64,000 nucleotides of DNA from Naegleria gruberi (taxonomy: Eukaryota). This document shows, piece by piece, positions 24,001-37,320 of this stretch. Where the stretch lies: the NCBI GenBank assembly GCA_000004985.1, contig GG738873.1, one strand, 5' to 3'. Each line of letters starts with the position of its first letter. Within the stretch, counting starts at the first letter, position 1. A model generated the notes under the pieces. It saw only the letters and a list, made by a program, of their open reading frames with translations. It was not told the DNA's origin and searched no databases. The position numbers and the translations under genes were made by a program.

Positions 24001-27000
24001 NNNNNNNNNNNNNNNNNNNNNNNNNNNNNNNNNNNNNNNNNNNNNNNNNNNNNNNNNNNNNNNNNNNNNNNNNNNNNNNNNNNNNNNNNNNNNNNNNNNN
24101 NNNNNNNNNNNNNNNNNNNNNNNNNNNNNNNNNNNNNNNNNNNNNNNNNNNNNNNNNNNNNNNNNNNNNNNNNNNNNNNNNNNNNNNNNNNNNNNNNNNN
24201 NNNNNNNNNNNNNNNNNNNNNNNNNNNNNNNNNNNNNNNNNNNNNNNNNNNNNNNNNNNNNNNNNNNNNNNNNNNNNNNNNNNNNNNNNNNNNNNNNNNN
24301 NNNNNNNNNNNNNNNNNNNNNNNNNNNNNNNNNNNNNNNNNNNNNNNNNNNNNNNNNNNNNNNNNNNNNNNNNNNNNNNNNNNNNNNNNNNNNNNNNNNN
24401 NNNNNNNNNNNNNNNNNNNNNNNNNNNNNNNNNNNNNNNNNNNNNNNNNNNNNNNNNNNNNNNNNNNNNNNNNNNNNNNNNNNNNNNNNNNNNNNNNNNN
24501 NNNNNNNNNNNNNNNNNNNNNNNNNNNNNNNNNNNNNNNNNNNNNNNNNNNNNNNNNNNNNNNNNNNNNNNNNNNNNNNNNNNNNNNNNNNNNNNNNNNN
24601 NNNNNNNNNNNNNNNNNNNNNNNNNNNNNNNNNNNNNNNNNNNNNNNNNNNNNNNNNNNNNNNNNNNNNNNNNNNNNNNNNNNNNNNNNNNNNNNNNNNN
24701 NNNNNNNNNNNNNNNNNNNNNNNNNNNNNNNNNNNNNNNNNNNNNNNNNNNNNNNNNNNNNNNNNNNNNNNNNNNNNNNNNNNNNNNNNNNNNNNNNNNN
24801 NNNNNNNNNNNNNNNNNNNNNNNNNNNNNNNNNNNNNNNNNNNNNNNNNNNNNNNNNNNNNNNNNNNNNNNNNNNNNNNNNNNNNNNNNNNNNNNNNNNN
24901 NNNNNNNNNNNNNNNNNNNNNNNNNNNNNNNNNNNNNNNNNNNNNNNNNNNNNNNNNNNNNNNNNNNNNNNNNNNNNNNNNNNNNNNNNNNNNNNNNNNN
25001 NNNNNNNNNNNNNNNNNNNNNNNNNNNNNNNNNNNNNNNNNNNNNNNNNNNNNNNNNNNNNNNNNNNNNNNNNNNNNNNNNNNNNNNNNNNNNNNNNNNN
25101 NNNNNNNNNNNNNNNNNNNNNNNNNNNNNNNNNNNNNNNNNNNNNNNNNNNNNNNNNNNNNNNNNNNNNNNNNNNNNNNNNNNNNNNNNNNNNNNNNNNN
25201 NNNNNNNNNNNNNNNNNNNNNNNNNNNNNNNNNNNNNNNNNNNNNNNNNNNNNNNNNNNNNNNNNNNNNNNNNNNNNNNNNNNNNNNNNNNNNNNNNNNN
25301 NNNNNNNNNNNNNNNNNNNNNNNNNNNNNNNNNNNNNNNNNNNNNNNNNNNNNNNNNNNNNNNNNNNNNNNNNNNNNNNNNNNNNNNNNNNNNNNNNNNN
25401 NNNNNNNNNNNNNNNNNNNNNNNNNNNNNNNNNNNNNNNNNNNNNNNNNNNNNNNNNNNNNNNNNNNNNNNNNNNNNNNNNNNNNNNNNNNNNNNNNNNN
25501 NNNNNNNNNNNNNNNNNNNNNNNNNNNNNNNNNNNNNNNNNNNNNNNNNNNNNNNNNNNNNNNNNNNNNNNNNNNNNNNNNNNNNNNNNNNNNNNNNNNN
25601 NNNNNNNNNNNNNNNNNNNNNNNNNNNNNNNNNNNNNNNNNNNNNNNNNNNNNNNNNNNNNNNNNNNNNNNNNNNNNNNNNNNNNNNNNNNNNNNNNNNN
25701 NNNNNNNNNNNNNNNNNNNNNNNNNNNNNNNNNNNNNNNNNNNNNNNNNNNNNNNNNNNNNNNNNNNNNNNNNNNNNNNNNNNNNNNNNNNNNNNNNNNN
25801 NNNNNNNNNNNNNNNNNNNNNNNNNNNNNNNNNNNNNNNNNNNNNNNNNNNNNNNNNNNNNNNNNNNNNNNNNNNNNNNNNNNNNNNNNNNNNNNNNNNN
25901 NNNNNNNNNNNNNNNNNNNNNNNNNNNNNNNNNNNNNNNNNNNNNNNNNNNNNNNNNNNNNNNNNNNNNNNNNNNNNNNNNNNNNNNNNNNNNNNNNNNN
26001 NNNNNNNNNNNNNNNNNNNNNNNNNNNNNNNNNNNNNNNNNNNNNNNNNNNNNNNNNNNNNNNNNNNNNNNNNNNNNNNNNNNNNNNNNNNNNNNNNNNN
26101 NNNNNNNNNNNNNNNNNNNNNNNNNNNNNNNNNNNNNNNNNNNNNNNNNNNNNNNNNNNNNNNNNNNNNNNNNNNNNNNNNNNNNNNNNNNNNNNNNNNN
26201 NNNNNNNNNNNNNNNNNNNNNNNNNNNNNNNNNNNNNNNNNNNNNNNNNNNNNNNNNNNNNNNNNNNNNNNNNNNNNNNNNNNNNNNNNNNNNNNNNNNN
26301 NNNNNNNNNNNNNNNNNNNNNNNNNNNNNNNNNNNNNNNNNNNNNNNNNNNNNNNNNNNNNNNNNNNNNNNNNNNNNNNNNNNNNNNNNNNNNNNNNNNN
26401 NNNNNNNNNNNNNNNNNNNNNNNNNNNNNNNNNNNNNNNNNNNNNNNNNNNNNNNNNNNNNNNNNNNNNNNNNNNNNNNNNNNNNNNNNNNNNNNNNNNN
26501 NNNNNNNNNNNNNNNNNNNNNNNNNNNNNNNNNNNNNNNNNNNNNNNNNNNNNNNNNNNNNNNNNNNNNNNNNNNNNNNNNNNNNNNNNNNNNNNNNNNN
26601 NNNNNNNNNNNNNNNNNNNNNNNNNNNNNNNNNNNNNNNNNNNNNNNNNNNNNNNNNNNNNNNNNNNNNNNNNNNNNNNNNNNNNNNNNNNNNNNNNNNN
26701 NNNNNNNNNNNNNNNNNNNNNNNNNNNNNNNNNNNNNNNNNNNNNNNNNNNNNNNNNNNNNNNNNNNNNNNNNNNNNNNNNNNNNNNNNNNNNNNNNNNN
26801 NNNNNNNNNNNNNNNNNNNNNNNNNNNNNNNNNNNNNNNNNNNNNNNNNNNNNNNNNNNNNNNNNNNNNNNNNNNNNNNNNNNNNNNNNNNNNNNNNNNN
26901 NNNNNNNNNNNNNNNNNNNNNNNNNNNNNNNNNNNNNNNNNNNNNNNNNNNNNNNNNNNNNNNNNNNNNNNNNNNNNNNNNNNNNNNNNNNNNNNNNNNN

Positions 27001-30000
27001 NNNNNNNNNNNNNNNNNNNNNNNNNNNNNNNNNNNNNNNNNNNNNNNNNNNNNNNNNNNNNNNNNNNNNNNNNNNNNNNNNNNNNNNNNNNNNNNNNNNN
27101 NNNNNNNNNNNNNNNNNNNNNNNNNNNNNNNNNNNNNNNNNNNNNNNNNNNNNNNNNNNNNNNNNNNNNNNNNNNNNNNNNNNNNNNNNNNNNNNNNNNN
27201 NNNNNNNNNNNNNNNNNNNNNNNNNNNNNNNNNNNNNNNNNNNNNNNNNNNNNNNNNNNNNNNNNNNNNNNNNNNNNNNNNNNNNNNNNNNNNNNNNNNN
27301 NNNNNNNNNNNNNNNNNNNNNNNNNNNNNNNNNNNNNNNNNNNNNNNNNNNNNNNNNNNNNNNNNNNNNNNNNNNNNNNNNNNNNNNNNNNNNNNNNNNN
27401 NNNNNNNNNNNNNNNNNNNNNNNNNNNNNNNNNNNNNNNNNNNNNNNNNNNNNNNNNNNNNNNNNNNNNNNNNNNNNNNNNNNNNNNNNNNNNNNNNNNN
27501 NNNNNNNNNNNNNNNNNNNNNNNNNNNNNNNNNNNNNNNNNNNNNNNNNNNNNNNNNNNNNNNNNNNNNNNNNNNNNNNNNNNNNNNNNNNNNNNNNNNN
27601 NNNNNNNNNNNNNNNNNNNNNNNNNNNNNNNNNNNNNNNNNNNNNNNNNNNNNNNNNNNNNNNNNNNNNNNNNNNNNNNNNNNNNNNNNNNNNNNNNNNN
27701 NNNNNNNNNNNNNNNNNNNNNNNNNNNNNNNNNNNNNNNNNNNNNNNNNNNNNNNNNNNNNNNNNNNNNNNNNNNNNNNNNNNNNNNNNNNNNNNNNNNN
27801 NNNNNNNNNNNNNNNNNNNNNNNNNNNNNNNNNNNNNNNNNNNNNNNNNNNNNNNNNNNNNNNNNNNNNNNNNNNNNNNNNNNNNNNNNNNNNNNNNNNN
27901 NNNNNNNNNNNNNNNNNNNNNNNNNNNNNNNNNNNNNNNNNNNNNNNNNNNNNNNNNNNNNNNNNNNNNNNNNNNNNNNNNNNNNNNNNNNNNNNNNNNN
28001 NNNNNNNNNNNNNNNNNNNNNNNNNNNNNNNNNNNNNNNNNNNNNNNNNNNNNNNNNNNNNNNNNNNNNNNNNNNNNNNNNNNNNNNNNNNNNNNNNNNN
28101 NNNNNNNNNNNNNNNNNNNNNNNNNNNNNNNNNNNNNNNNNNNNNNNNNNNNNNNNNNNNNNNNNNNNNNNNNNNNNNNNNNNNNNNNNNNNNNNNNNNN
28201 NNNNNNNNNNNNNNNNNNNNNNNNNNNNNNNNNNNNNNNNNNNNNNNNNNNNNNNNNNNNNNNNNNNNNNNNNNNNNNNNNNNNNNNNNNNNNNNNNNNN
28301 NNNNNNNNNNNNNNNNNNNNNNNNNNNNNNNNNNNNNNNNNNNNNNNNNNNNNNNNNNNNNNNNNNNNNNNNNNNNNNNNNNNNNNNNNNNNNNNNNNNN
28401 NNNNNNNNNNNNNNNNNNNNNNNNNNNNNNNNNNNNNNNNNNNNNNNNNNNNNNNNNNNNNNNNNNNNNNNNNNNNNNNNNNNNNNNNNNNNNNNNNNNN
28501 NNNNNNNNNNNNNNNNNNNNNNNNNNNNNNNNNNNNNNNNNNNNNNNNNNNNNNNNNNNNNNNNNNNNNNNNNNNNNNNNNNNNNNNNNNNNNNNNNNNN
28601 NNNNNNNNNNNNNNNNNNNNNNNNNNNNNNNNNNNNNNNNNNNNNNNNNNNNNNNNNNNNNNNNNNNNNNNNNNNNNNNNNNNNNNNNNNNNNNNNNNNN
28701 NNNNNNNNNNNNNNNNNNNNNNNNNNNNNNNNNNNNNNNNNNNNNNNNNNNNNNNNNNNNNNNNNNNNNNNNNNNNNNNNNNNNNNNNNNNNNNNNNNNN
28801 NNNNNNNNNNNNNNNNNNNNNNNNNNNNNNNNNNNNNNNNNNNNNNNNNNNNNNNNNNNNNNNNNNNNNNNNNNNNNNNNNNNNNNNNNNNNNNNNNNNN
28901 NNNNNNNNNNNNNNNNNNNNNNNNNNNNNNNNNNNNNNNNNNNNNNNNNNNNNNNNNNNNNNNNNNNNNNNNNNNNNNNNNNNNNNNNNNNNNNNNNNNN
29001 NNNNNNNNNNNNNNNNNNNNNNNNNNNNNNNNNNNNNNNNNNNNNNNNNNNNNNNNNNNNNNNNNNNNNNNNNNNNNNNNNNNNNNNNNNNNNNNNNNNN
29101 NNNNNNNNNNNNNNNNNNNNNNNNNNNNNNNNNNNNNNNNNNNNNNNNNNNNNNNNNNNNNNNNNNNNNNNNNNNNNNNNNNNNNNNNNNNNNNNNNNNN
29201 NNNNNNNNNNNNNNNNNNNNNNNNNNNNNNNNNNNNNNNNNNNNNNNNNNNNNNNNNNNNNNNNNNNNNNNNNNNNNNNNNNNNNNNNNNNNNNNNNNNN
29301 NNNNNNNNNNNNNNNNNNNNNNNNNNNNNNNNNNNNNNNNNNNNNNNNNNNNNNNNNNNNNNNNNNNNNNNNNNNNNNNNNNNNNNNNNNNNNNNNNNNN
29401 NNNNNNNNNNNNNNNNNNNNNNNNNNNNNNNNNNNNNNNNNNNNNNNNNNNNNNNNNNNNNNNNNNNNNNNNNNNNNNNNNNNNNNNNNNNNNNNNNNNN
29501 NNNNNNNNNNNNNNNNNNNNNNNNNNNNNNNNNNNNNNNNNNNNNNNNNNNNNNNNNNNNNNNNNNNNNNNNNNNNNNNNNNNNNNNNNNNNNNNNNNNN
29601 NNNNNNNNNNNNNNNNNNNNNNNNNNNNNNNNNNNNNNNNNNNNNNNNNNNNNNNNNNNNNNNNNNNNNNNNNNNNNNNNNNNNNNNNNNNNNNNNNNNN
29701 NNNNNNNNNNNNNNNNNNNNNNNNNNNNNNNNNNNNNNNNNNNNNNNNNNNNNNNNNNNNNNNNNNNNNNNNNNNNNNNNNNNNNNNNNNNNNNNNNNNN
29801 NNNNNNNNNNNNNNNNNNNNNNNNNNNNNNNNNNNNNNNNNNNNNNNNNNNNNNNNNNNNNNNNNNNNNNNNNNNNNNNNNNNNNNNNNNNNNNNNNNNN
29901 NNNNNNNNNNNNNNNNNNNNNNNNNNNNNNNNNNNNNNNNNNNNNNNNNNNNNNNNNNNNNNNNNNNNNNNNNNNNNNNNNNNNNNNNNNNNNNNNNNNN

Positions 30001-33000
30001 NNNNNNNNNNNNNNNNNNNNNNNNNNNNNNNNNNNNNNNNNNNNNNNNNNNNNNNNNNNNNNNNNNNNNNNNNNNNNNNNNNNNNNNNNNNNNNNNNNNN
30101 NNNNNNNNNNNNNNNNNNNNNNNNNNNNNNNNNNNNNNNNNNNNNNNNNNNNNNNNNNNNNNNNNNNNNNNNNNNNNNNNNNNNNNNNNNNNNNNNNNNN
30201 NNNNNNNNNNNNNNNNNNNNNNNNNNNNNNNNNNNNNNNNNNNNNNNNNNNNNNNNNNNNNNNNNNNNNNNNNNNNNNNNNNNNNNNNNNNNNNNNNNNN
30301 NNNNNNNNNNNNNNNNNNNNNNNNNNNNNNNNNNNNNNNNNNNNNNNNNNNNNNNNNNNNNNNNNNNNNNNNNNNNNNNNNNNNNNNNNNNNNNNNNNNN
30401 NNNNNNNNNNNNNNNNNNNNNNNNNNNNNNNNNNNNNNNNNNNNNNNNNNNNNNNNNNNNNNNNNNNNNNNNNNNNNNNNNNNNNNNNNNNNNNNNNNNN
30501 NNNNNNNNNNNNNNNNNNNNNNNNNNNNNNNNNNNNNNNNNNNNNNNNNNNNNNNNNNNNNNNNNNNNNNNNNNNNNNNNNNNNNNNNNNNNNNNNNNNN
30601 NNNNNNNNNNNNNNNNNNNNNNNNNNNNNNNNNNNNNNNNNNNNNNNNNNNNNNNNNNNNNNNNNNNNNNNNNNNNNNNNNNNNNNNNNNNNNNNNNNNN
30701 NNNNNNNNNNNNNNNNNNNNNNNNNNNNNNNNNNNNNNNNNNNNNNNNNNNNNNNNNNNNNNNNNNNNNNNNNNNNNNNNNNNNNNNNNNNNNNNNNNNN
30801 NNNNNNNNNNNNNNNNNNNNNNNNNNNNNNNNNNNNNNNNNNNNNNNNNNNNNNNNNNNNNNNNNNNNNNNNNNNNNNNNNNNNNNNNNNNNNNNNNNNN
30901 NNNNNNNNNNNNNNNNNNNNNNNNNNNNNNNNNNNNNNNNNNNNNNNNNNNNNNNNNNNNNNNNNNNNNNNNNNNNNNNNNNNNNNNNNNNNNNNNNNNN
31001 NNNNNNNNNNNNNNNNNNNNNNNNNNNNNNNNNNNNNNNNNNNNNNNNNNNNNNNNNNNNNNNNNNNNNNNNNNNNNNNNNNNNNNNNNNNNNNNNNNNN
31101 NNNNNNNNNNNNNNNNNNNNNNNNNNNNNNNNNNNNNNNNNNNNNNNNNNNNNNNNNNNNNNNNNNNNNNNNNNNNNNNNNNNNNNNNNNNNNNNNNNNN
31201 NNNNNNNNNNNNNNNNNNNNNNNNNNNNNNNNNNNNNNNNNNNNNNNNNNNNNNNNNNNNNNNNNNNNNNNNNNNNNNNNNNNNNNNNNNNNNNNNNNNN
31301 NNNNNNNNNNNNNNNNNNNNNNNNNNNNNNNNNNNNNNNNNNNNNNNNNNNNNNNNNNNNNNNNNNNNNNNNNNNNNNNNNNNNNNNNNNNNNNNNNNNN
31401 NNNNNNNNNNNNNNNNNNNNNNNNNNNNNNNNNNNNNNNNNNNNNNNNNNNNNNNNNNNNNNNNNNNNNNNNNNNNNNNNNNNNNNNNNNNNNNNNNNNN
31501 NNNNNNNNNNNNNNNNNNNNNNNNNNNNNNNNNNNNNNNNNNNNNNNNNNNNNNNNNNNNNNNNNNNNNNNNNNNNNNNNNNNNNNNNNNNNNNNNNNNN
31601 NNNNNNNNNNNNNNNNNNNNNNNNNNNNNNNNNNNNNNNNNNNNNNNNNNNNNNNNNNNNNNNNNNNNNNNNNNNNNNNNNNNNNNNNNNNNNNNNNNNN
31701 NNNNNNNNNNNNNNNNNNNNNNNNNNNNNNNNNNNNNNNNNNNNNNNNNNNNNNNNNNNNNNNNNNNNNNNNNNNNNNNNNNNNNNNNNNNNNNNNNNNN
31801 NNNNNNNNNNNNNNNNNNNNNNNNNNNNNNNNNNNNNNNNNNNNNNNNNNNNNNNNNNNNNNNNNNNNNNNNNNNNNNNNNNNNNNNNNNNNNNNNNNNN
31901 NNNNNNNNNNNNNNNNNNNNNNNNNNNNNNNNNNNNNNNNNNNNNNNNNNNNNNNNNNNNNNNNNNNNNNNNNNNNNNNNNNNNNNNNNNNNNNNNNNNN
32001 NNNNNNNNNNNNNNNNNNNNNNNNNNNNNNNNNNNNNNNNNNNNNNNNNNNNNNNNNNNNNNNNNNNNNNNNNNNNNNNNNNNNNNNNNNNNNNNNNNNN
32101 NNNNNNNNNNNNNNNNNNNNNNNNNNNNNNNNNNNNNNNNNNNNNNNNNNNNNNNNNNNNNNNNNNNNNNNNNNNNNNNNNNNNNNNNNNNNNNNNNNNN
32201 NNNNNNNNNNNNNNNNNNNNNNNNNNNNNNNNNNNNNNNNNNNNNNNNNNNNNNNNNNNNNNNNNNNNNNNNNNNNNNNNNNNNNNNNNNNNNNNNNNNN
32301 NNNNNNNNNNNNNNNNNNNNNNNNNNNNNNNNNNNNNNNNNNNNNNNNNNNNNNNNNNNNNNNNNNNNNNNNNNNNNNNNNNNNNNNNNNNNNNNNNNNN
32401 NNNNNNNNNNNNNNNNNNNNNNNNNNNNNNNNNNNNNNNNNNNNNNNNNNNNNNNNNNNNNNNNNNNNNNNNNNNNNNNNNNNNNNNNNNNNNNNNNNNN
32501 NNNNNNNNNNNNNNNNNNNNNNNNNNNNNNNNNNNNNNNNNNNNNNNNNNNNNNNNNNNNNNNNNNNNNNNNNNNNNNNNNNNNNNNNNNNNNNNNNNNN
32601 NNNNNNNNNNNNNNNNNNNNNNNNNNNNNNNNNNNNNNNNNNNNNNNNNNNNNNNNNNNNNNNNNNNNNNNNNNNNNNNNNNNNNNNNNNNNNNNNNNNN
32701 NNNNNNNNNNNNNNNNNNNNNNNNNNNNNNNNNNNNNNNNNNNNNNNNNNNNNNNNNNNNNNNNNNNNNNNNNNNNNNNNNNNNNNNNNNNNNNNNNNNN
32801 NNNNNNNNNNNNNNNNNNNNNNNNNNNNNNNNNNNNNNNNNNNNNNNNNNNNNNNNNNNNNNNNNNNNNNNNNNNNNNNNNNNNNNNNNNNNNNNNNNNN
32901 NNNNNNNNNNNNNNNNNNNNNNNNNNNNNNNNNNNNNNNNNNNNNNNNNNNNNNNNNNNNNNNNNNNNNNNNNNNNNNNNNNNNNNNNNNNNNNNNNNNN

Positions 33001-34822
33001 NNNNNNNNNNNNNNNNNNNNNNNNNNNNNNNNNNNNNNNNNNNNNNNNNNNNNNNNNNNNNNNNNNNNNNNNNNNNNNNNNNNNNNNNNNNNNNNNNNNN
33101 NNNNNNNNNNNNNNNNNNNNNNNNNNNNNNNNNNNNNNNNNNNNNNNNNNNNNNNNNNNNNNNNNNNNNNNNNNNNNNNNNNNNNNNNNNNNNNNNNNNN
33201 NNNNNNNNNNNNNNNNNNNNNNNNNNNNNNNNNNNNNNNNNNNNNNNNNNNNNNNNNNNNNNNNNNNNNNNNNNNNNNNNNNNNNNNNNNNNNNNNNNNN
33301 NNNNNNNNNNNNNNNNNNNNNNNNNNNNNNNNNNNNNNNNNNNNNNNNNNNNNNNNNNNNNNNNNNNNNNNNNNNNNNNNNNNNNNNNNNNNNNNNNNNN
33401 NNNNNNNNNNNNNNNNNNNNNNNNNNNNNNNNNNNNNNNNNNNNNNNNNNNNNNNNNNNNNNNNNNNNNNNNNNNNNNNNNNNNNNNNNNNNNNNNNNNN
33501 NNNNNNNNNNNNNNNNNNNNNNNNNNNNNNNNNNNNNNNNNNNNNNNNNNNNNNNNNNNNNNNNNNNNNNNNNNNNNNNNNNNNNNNNNNNNNNNNNNNN
33601 NNNNNNNNNNNNNNNNNNNNNNNNNNNNNNNNNNNNNNNNNNNNNNNNNNNNNNNNNNNNNNNNNNNNNNNNNNNNNNNNNNNNNNNNNNNNNNNNNNNN
33701 NNNNNNNNNNNNNNNNNNNNNNNNNNNNNNNNNNNNNNNNNNNNNNNNNNNNNNNNNNNNNNNNNNNNNNNNNNNNNNNNNNNNNNNNNNNNNNNNNNNN
33801 NNNNNNNNNNNNNNNNNNNNNNNNNNNNNNNNNNNNNNNNNNNNNNNNNNNNNNNNNNNNNNNNNNNNNNNNNNNNNNNNNNNNNNNNNNNNNNNNNNNN
33901 NNNNNNNNNNNNNNNNNNNNNNNNNNNNNNNNNNNNNNNNNNNNNNNNNNNNNNNNNNNNNNNNNNNNNNNNNNNNNNNNNNNNNNNNNNNNNNNNNNNN
34001 NNNNNNNNNNNNNNNNNNNNNNNNNNNNNNNNNNNNNNNNNNNNNNNNNNNNNNNNNNNNNNNNNNNNNNNNNNNNNNNNNNNNNNNNNNNNNNNNNNNN
34101 NNNNNNNNNNNNNNNNNNNNNNNNNNNNNNNNNNNNNNNNNNNNNNNNNNNNNNNNNNNNNNNNNNNNNNNNNNNNNNNNNNNNNNNNNNNNNNNNNNNN
34201 NNNNNNNNNNNNNNNNNNNNNNNNNNNNNNNNNNNNNNNNNNNNNNNNNNNNNNNNNNNNNNNNNNNNNNNNNNNNNNNNNNNNNNNNNNNNNNNNNNNN
34301 NNNNNNNNNNNNNNNNNNNNNNNNNNNNNNNNNNNNNNNNNNNNNNNNNNNNNNNNNNNNNNNNNNNNNNNNNNNNNNNNNNNNNNNNNNNNNNNNNNNN
34401 NNNNNNNNNNNNNNNNNNNNNNNNNNNNNNNNNNNNNNNNNNNNNNNNNNNNNNNNNNNNNNNNNNNNNNNNNNNNNNNNNNNNNNNNNNNNNNNNNNNN
34501 NNNNNNNNNNNNNNNNNNNNNNNNNNNNNNNNNNNNNNNNNNNNNNNNNNNNNNNNNNNNNNNNNNNNNNNNNNNNNNNNNNNNNNNNNNNNNNNNNNNN
34601 NNNNNNNNNNNNNNNNNNNNNNNNNNNNNNNNNNNNNNNNNNNNNNNNNNNNNNNNNNNNNNNNNNNNNNNNNNNNNNNNNNNNNNNNNNNNNNNNNNNN
34701 NNNNNNNNNNNNNNNNNNNNNNNNNNNNNNNNNNNNNNNNNNNNNNNNNNNNNNNNNNNNNNNNNNNNNNNNNNNNNNNNNNNNNNNNNNNNNNNNNNNN
34801 NNNNNNNNNNNNNNNNNNNNNN
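1..34822. other. Assembly gap (run of N); no sequence information
   Basis: Uninterrupted n characters. Confidence 0.99.
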
Positions 34823-35216
34823 ATAGCAGAAGTAGACGGAAAGTGAAATTATCCACTTTGTCTTTGCACTTCAAATAATCAGTCAAATGTTTGATTGTTA
34901 TCGGATCTCTTTGAAGAGAAACTTTATCCGAAAGTGAATAAAGCTTAAGGACACCTTTTTTAACTTTAGGGTAAGAGACAGAAATATTAATTGTTCTGCC
35001 ATCAAGGTTAGCAAAGAATTGAATAGCTGCTTGCACAGTATTTGCTTTGTAACCTTGAACATTAACCAGAAGGTAAGAGATGTAATATTCAATAGCTAAA
35101 GGATTATCAATGGTAAGATCGAACACATTGATAAACCAAAGAAAACCACCATAAATCCTGTTGTAGGTTCTGAAGGTTTTTTCACCTATTGAAGAGAGAA
35201 TACTGATTTCTCTCAT
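34823..35216 (-). CDS. 5' part of putative tyrosine recombinase ORF (131 codons open, no stop, runs into gap). Translation starts MREISILSSIGEKTFRTYNRIYGGFLWFINVFDLTIDNPLAIEYYISYLLVNVQGYKANTVQAAIQFFANLDG...
   Basis: Hand translation of the minus strand from the ATG at 35216-35214. The ATG overlaps the pol TGA as ATGA (-1 frame). The pattern looks like the N-terminal SAM-like/core-binding domain of tyrosine recombinases and sits where the YR sits in DIRS elements. The ORF track does not list it because there is no stop before the Ns. Confidence 0.5.
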
Positions 35217-37267
35217 TGTTTGAATAACTTGCCATGCACTTGAACAACCAGGAAATTCGAATTCTCGAACTTGTCTTGCAACTCTGATAAGGGCGTTATT
35301 ATAAGCATCTTTCTCGAAACAGTTATCATTCTTTCTGATATCTTTAGCAAGACTGGAAACCATATCGAAGAGGGCCAATCTGGAACCACAAATGTCGCTT
35401 TGGCTCCTGACTTGATGCAGTGAACTAGAGCTTGAGATATCAGACCCAGAGGAGGCGCACAATAGCTCATCAGATTTTGTTCCCATGGGTTCAGAAATGT
35501 GTCGTTCTCTATCCATGAATTGAATTGAATTGTTGTGGTTGATTCCAATGTTGCGAATCTGTCCACGTGGTGTTCTCCAAATTCTGTCTGAACTAGATTC
35601 AATAGTTCTTGAGAGGATTTCCATTCTGTTAGACGACTCAGTCTGTCCGCCAAAATGTTTTCCTTTGAGGGAATATAAATCACTTTGGAAATCCACCATT
35701 TTCTTCTCATTAGAATTTTGTAGAGATCTCTGGCTATTTGTGAGAGTTCTTCGATGACTCCGTAACCTCTCCTTATATAAGATATTGCTGTTACATTGTC
35801 GCCTCTTATCTCGAATGCTTGACCAGGACCATAAAGGTTTAATTGATCTGCTTGTGTGAAGAAAATGAGGAGTGTTTTTAACTCTTTGACATTGATGTGC
35901 TCTGAGGAATTGAATCTTCCAATTGTAATGGTTGATTCTGCGTGAATTCCATAACCTGTTGGGCAAGCATCTGAATTCACTCGAATCGGGTTCATTGAGT
36001 TCAGTTCGAATGGAACTCCACTGTTTTCCTGAATCAGAGTTTTCAATATCTTGAGGTCTTTGGTTGCACCTCTGAATATTCTCATCGATGCGTGCCAGGA
36101 TTTGTCGTTTACTACTTTCACCATATCCTTTCGAAGACGAGCCAGAAATGGTGCAAAATAATGGTTTGATAGGGTTAGAAATTCCATCTTCCCAAGAAAC
36201 TGAGCCACTTTCTTGCAAGCTACATATCTGTTCAGTTGGTTCGCTGACAAGAAGTCTTGGATCAGTTTTATCGCAGTGGCTTGTTTGTTGAGTGGAATTT
36301 TTACCAAACCTGATATTAAATCCAATTCCAGACCCAGAAATTCTATGCATTGACAAGGTGTCAACACACTTTTCTCCTTCTGTATAATCCATCCTAATGT
36401 TTCTAGGTCTTTCAAGATTATCTCTGTGTGTTGTTGGGTAGTTTCCTTGTGGTTGCTTAGAATCAATATATCGTCGATGTAAATGAATACCAAGATGCCC
36501 TGCCTTCTCCACTTGGTCACTAGTTCCTTCATTATCTTGGTGAAGTTTCTGGGAGCTTGACTTAGACCAAATGGAAGGCATTTGAATTGGTATACAAGGC
36601 TCTTGTACTTGAATCCCAGAAGGTGTCGATGACTCTCTCTGATGGGAACATGAAAATAGCCTTTCTTCAGGTCTATCTTTGTTGCCCACATTCCTTTCTG
36701 AACAAACTTCAAACATTTTTGAATGTTGTCCATCTTGAACGAAGTATCCTTGATCCCCAAGTTTACTTTCCTGAGATCCAGAATAAAACGAAACTGATCT
36801 GAGCCCTTCTTGGGGACAATGTTTATTGGATTGAGTACCGTAGATTTGTTTCCAAGTTCGATGACATTGGAACTCAACATCTCTTGGATTTCTTGATCCA
36901 TCCAAGAGGTCTCCTTTGGAGAGAAATTCTTCCCCCGCTTGAATTCTTTCCAAAGGGTGGGATTTGAGTAGATTGGAACTCCATTCCGAATCCAATCCAC
37001 TATGAATGGGTTGAAGTTGTAACTCTCCCACTGAGTTACAAACTTGCCAAGACGACAACCCACCAAGTCAGAGGTCTTTGCTGAAGGATCCTCCACCGTT
37101 GTTGTTGTTGTACTTTGGTTTTGAGTCTCCTGATTTTTGAAAATTGGAGTTACTCTTGTAAGACTTAGAGTAGCTGTTGTGTTGAGAAGTGTAGGGTTTG
37201 TTCAACTTCTCTTTCATTTTGTTGGGTTTTTGAATCTTTCCAACAAAAGCAGTCTTGATAACAGCTT
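35213..37267 (-). CDS. DIRS-like pol: reverse transcriptase, RNase H, DIRS-type C-terminal domain. The frame stays open about 35 codons upstream of the listed GTG start, up to the 50-N gap
   Basis: 627-aa ORF with RT motifs (FRFILDLRKVN, PFGLSQAPRNF, YIDD), RNase H (DAS...G, ADRLSR) and the DIRS post-RH domain. The listed start codon at 37096 is GTG. Confidence 0.75.
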
Positions 37268-37317
37268 NNNNNNNNNNNNNNNNNNNNNNNNNNNNNNNNN
37301 NNNNNNNNNNNNNNNNN
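37268..37317. other. 50-N scaffold gap inside the DIRS-like element (between gag-like and pol ORFs)
   Basis: n run. Confidence 0.99.
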
Positions 37318-37320
37318 TAA

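Noticed and set aside
1-34822. 34.8-kb run of N, considered as a possible masked or biological feature
   Set aside because: Pure placeholder Ns and nothing can be inferred. The adjoining sequence is a transposon, so this is most likely a repeat-induced assembly gap
35213-37096. Ty3/gypsy or BEL-Pao LTR retrotransposon pol
   Set aside because: No DDE integrase follows RNase H. Instead the DIRS/Ngaro-type post-RNaseH domain and a recombinase-like ORF follow. No LTR pair is visible (one side is in the gap)
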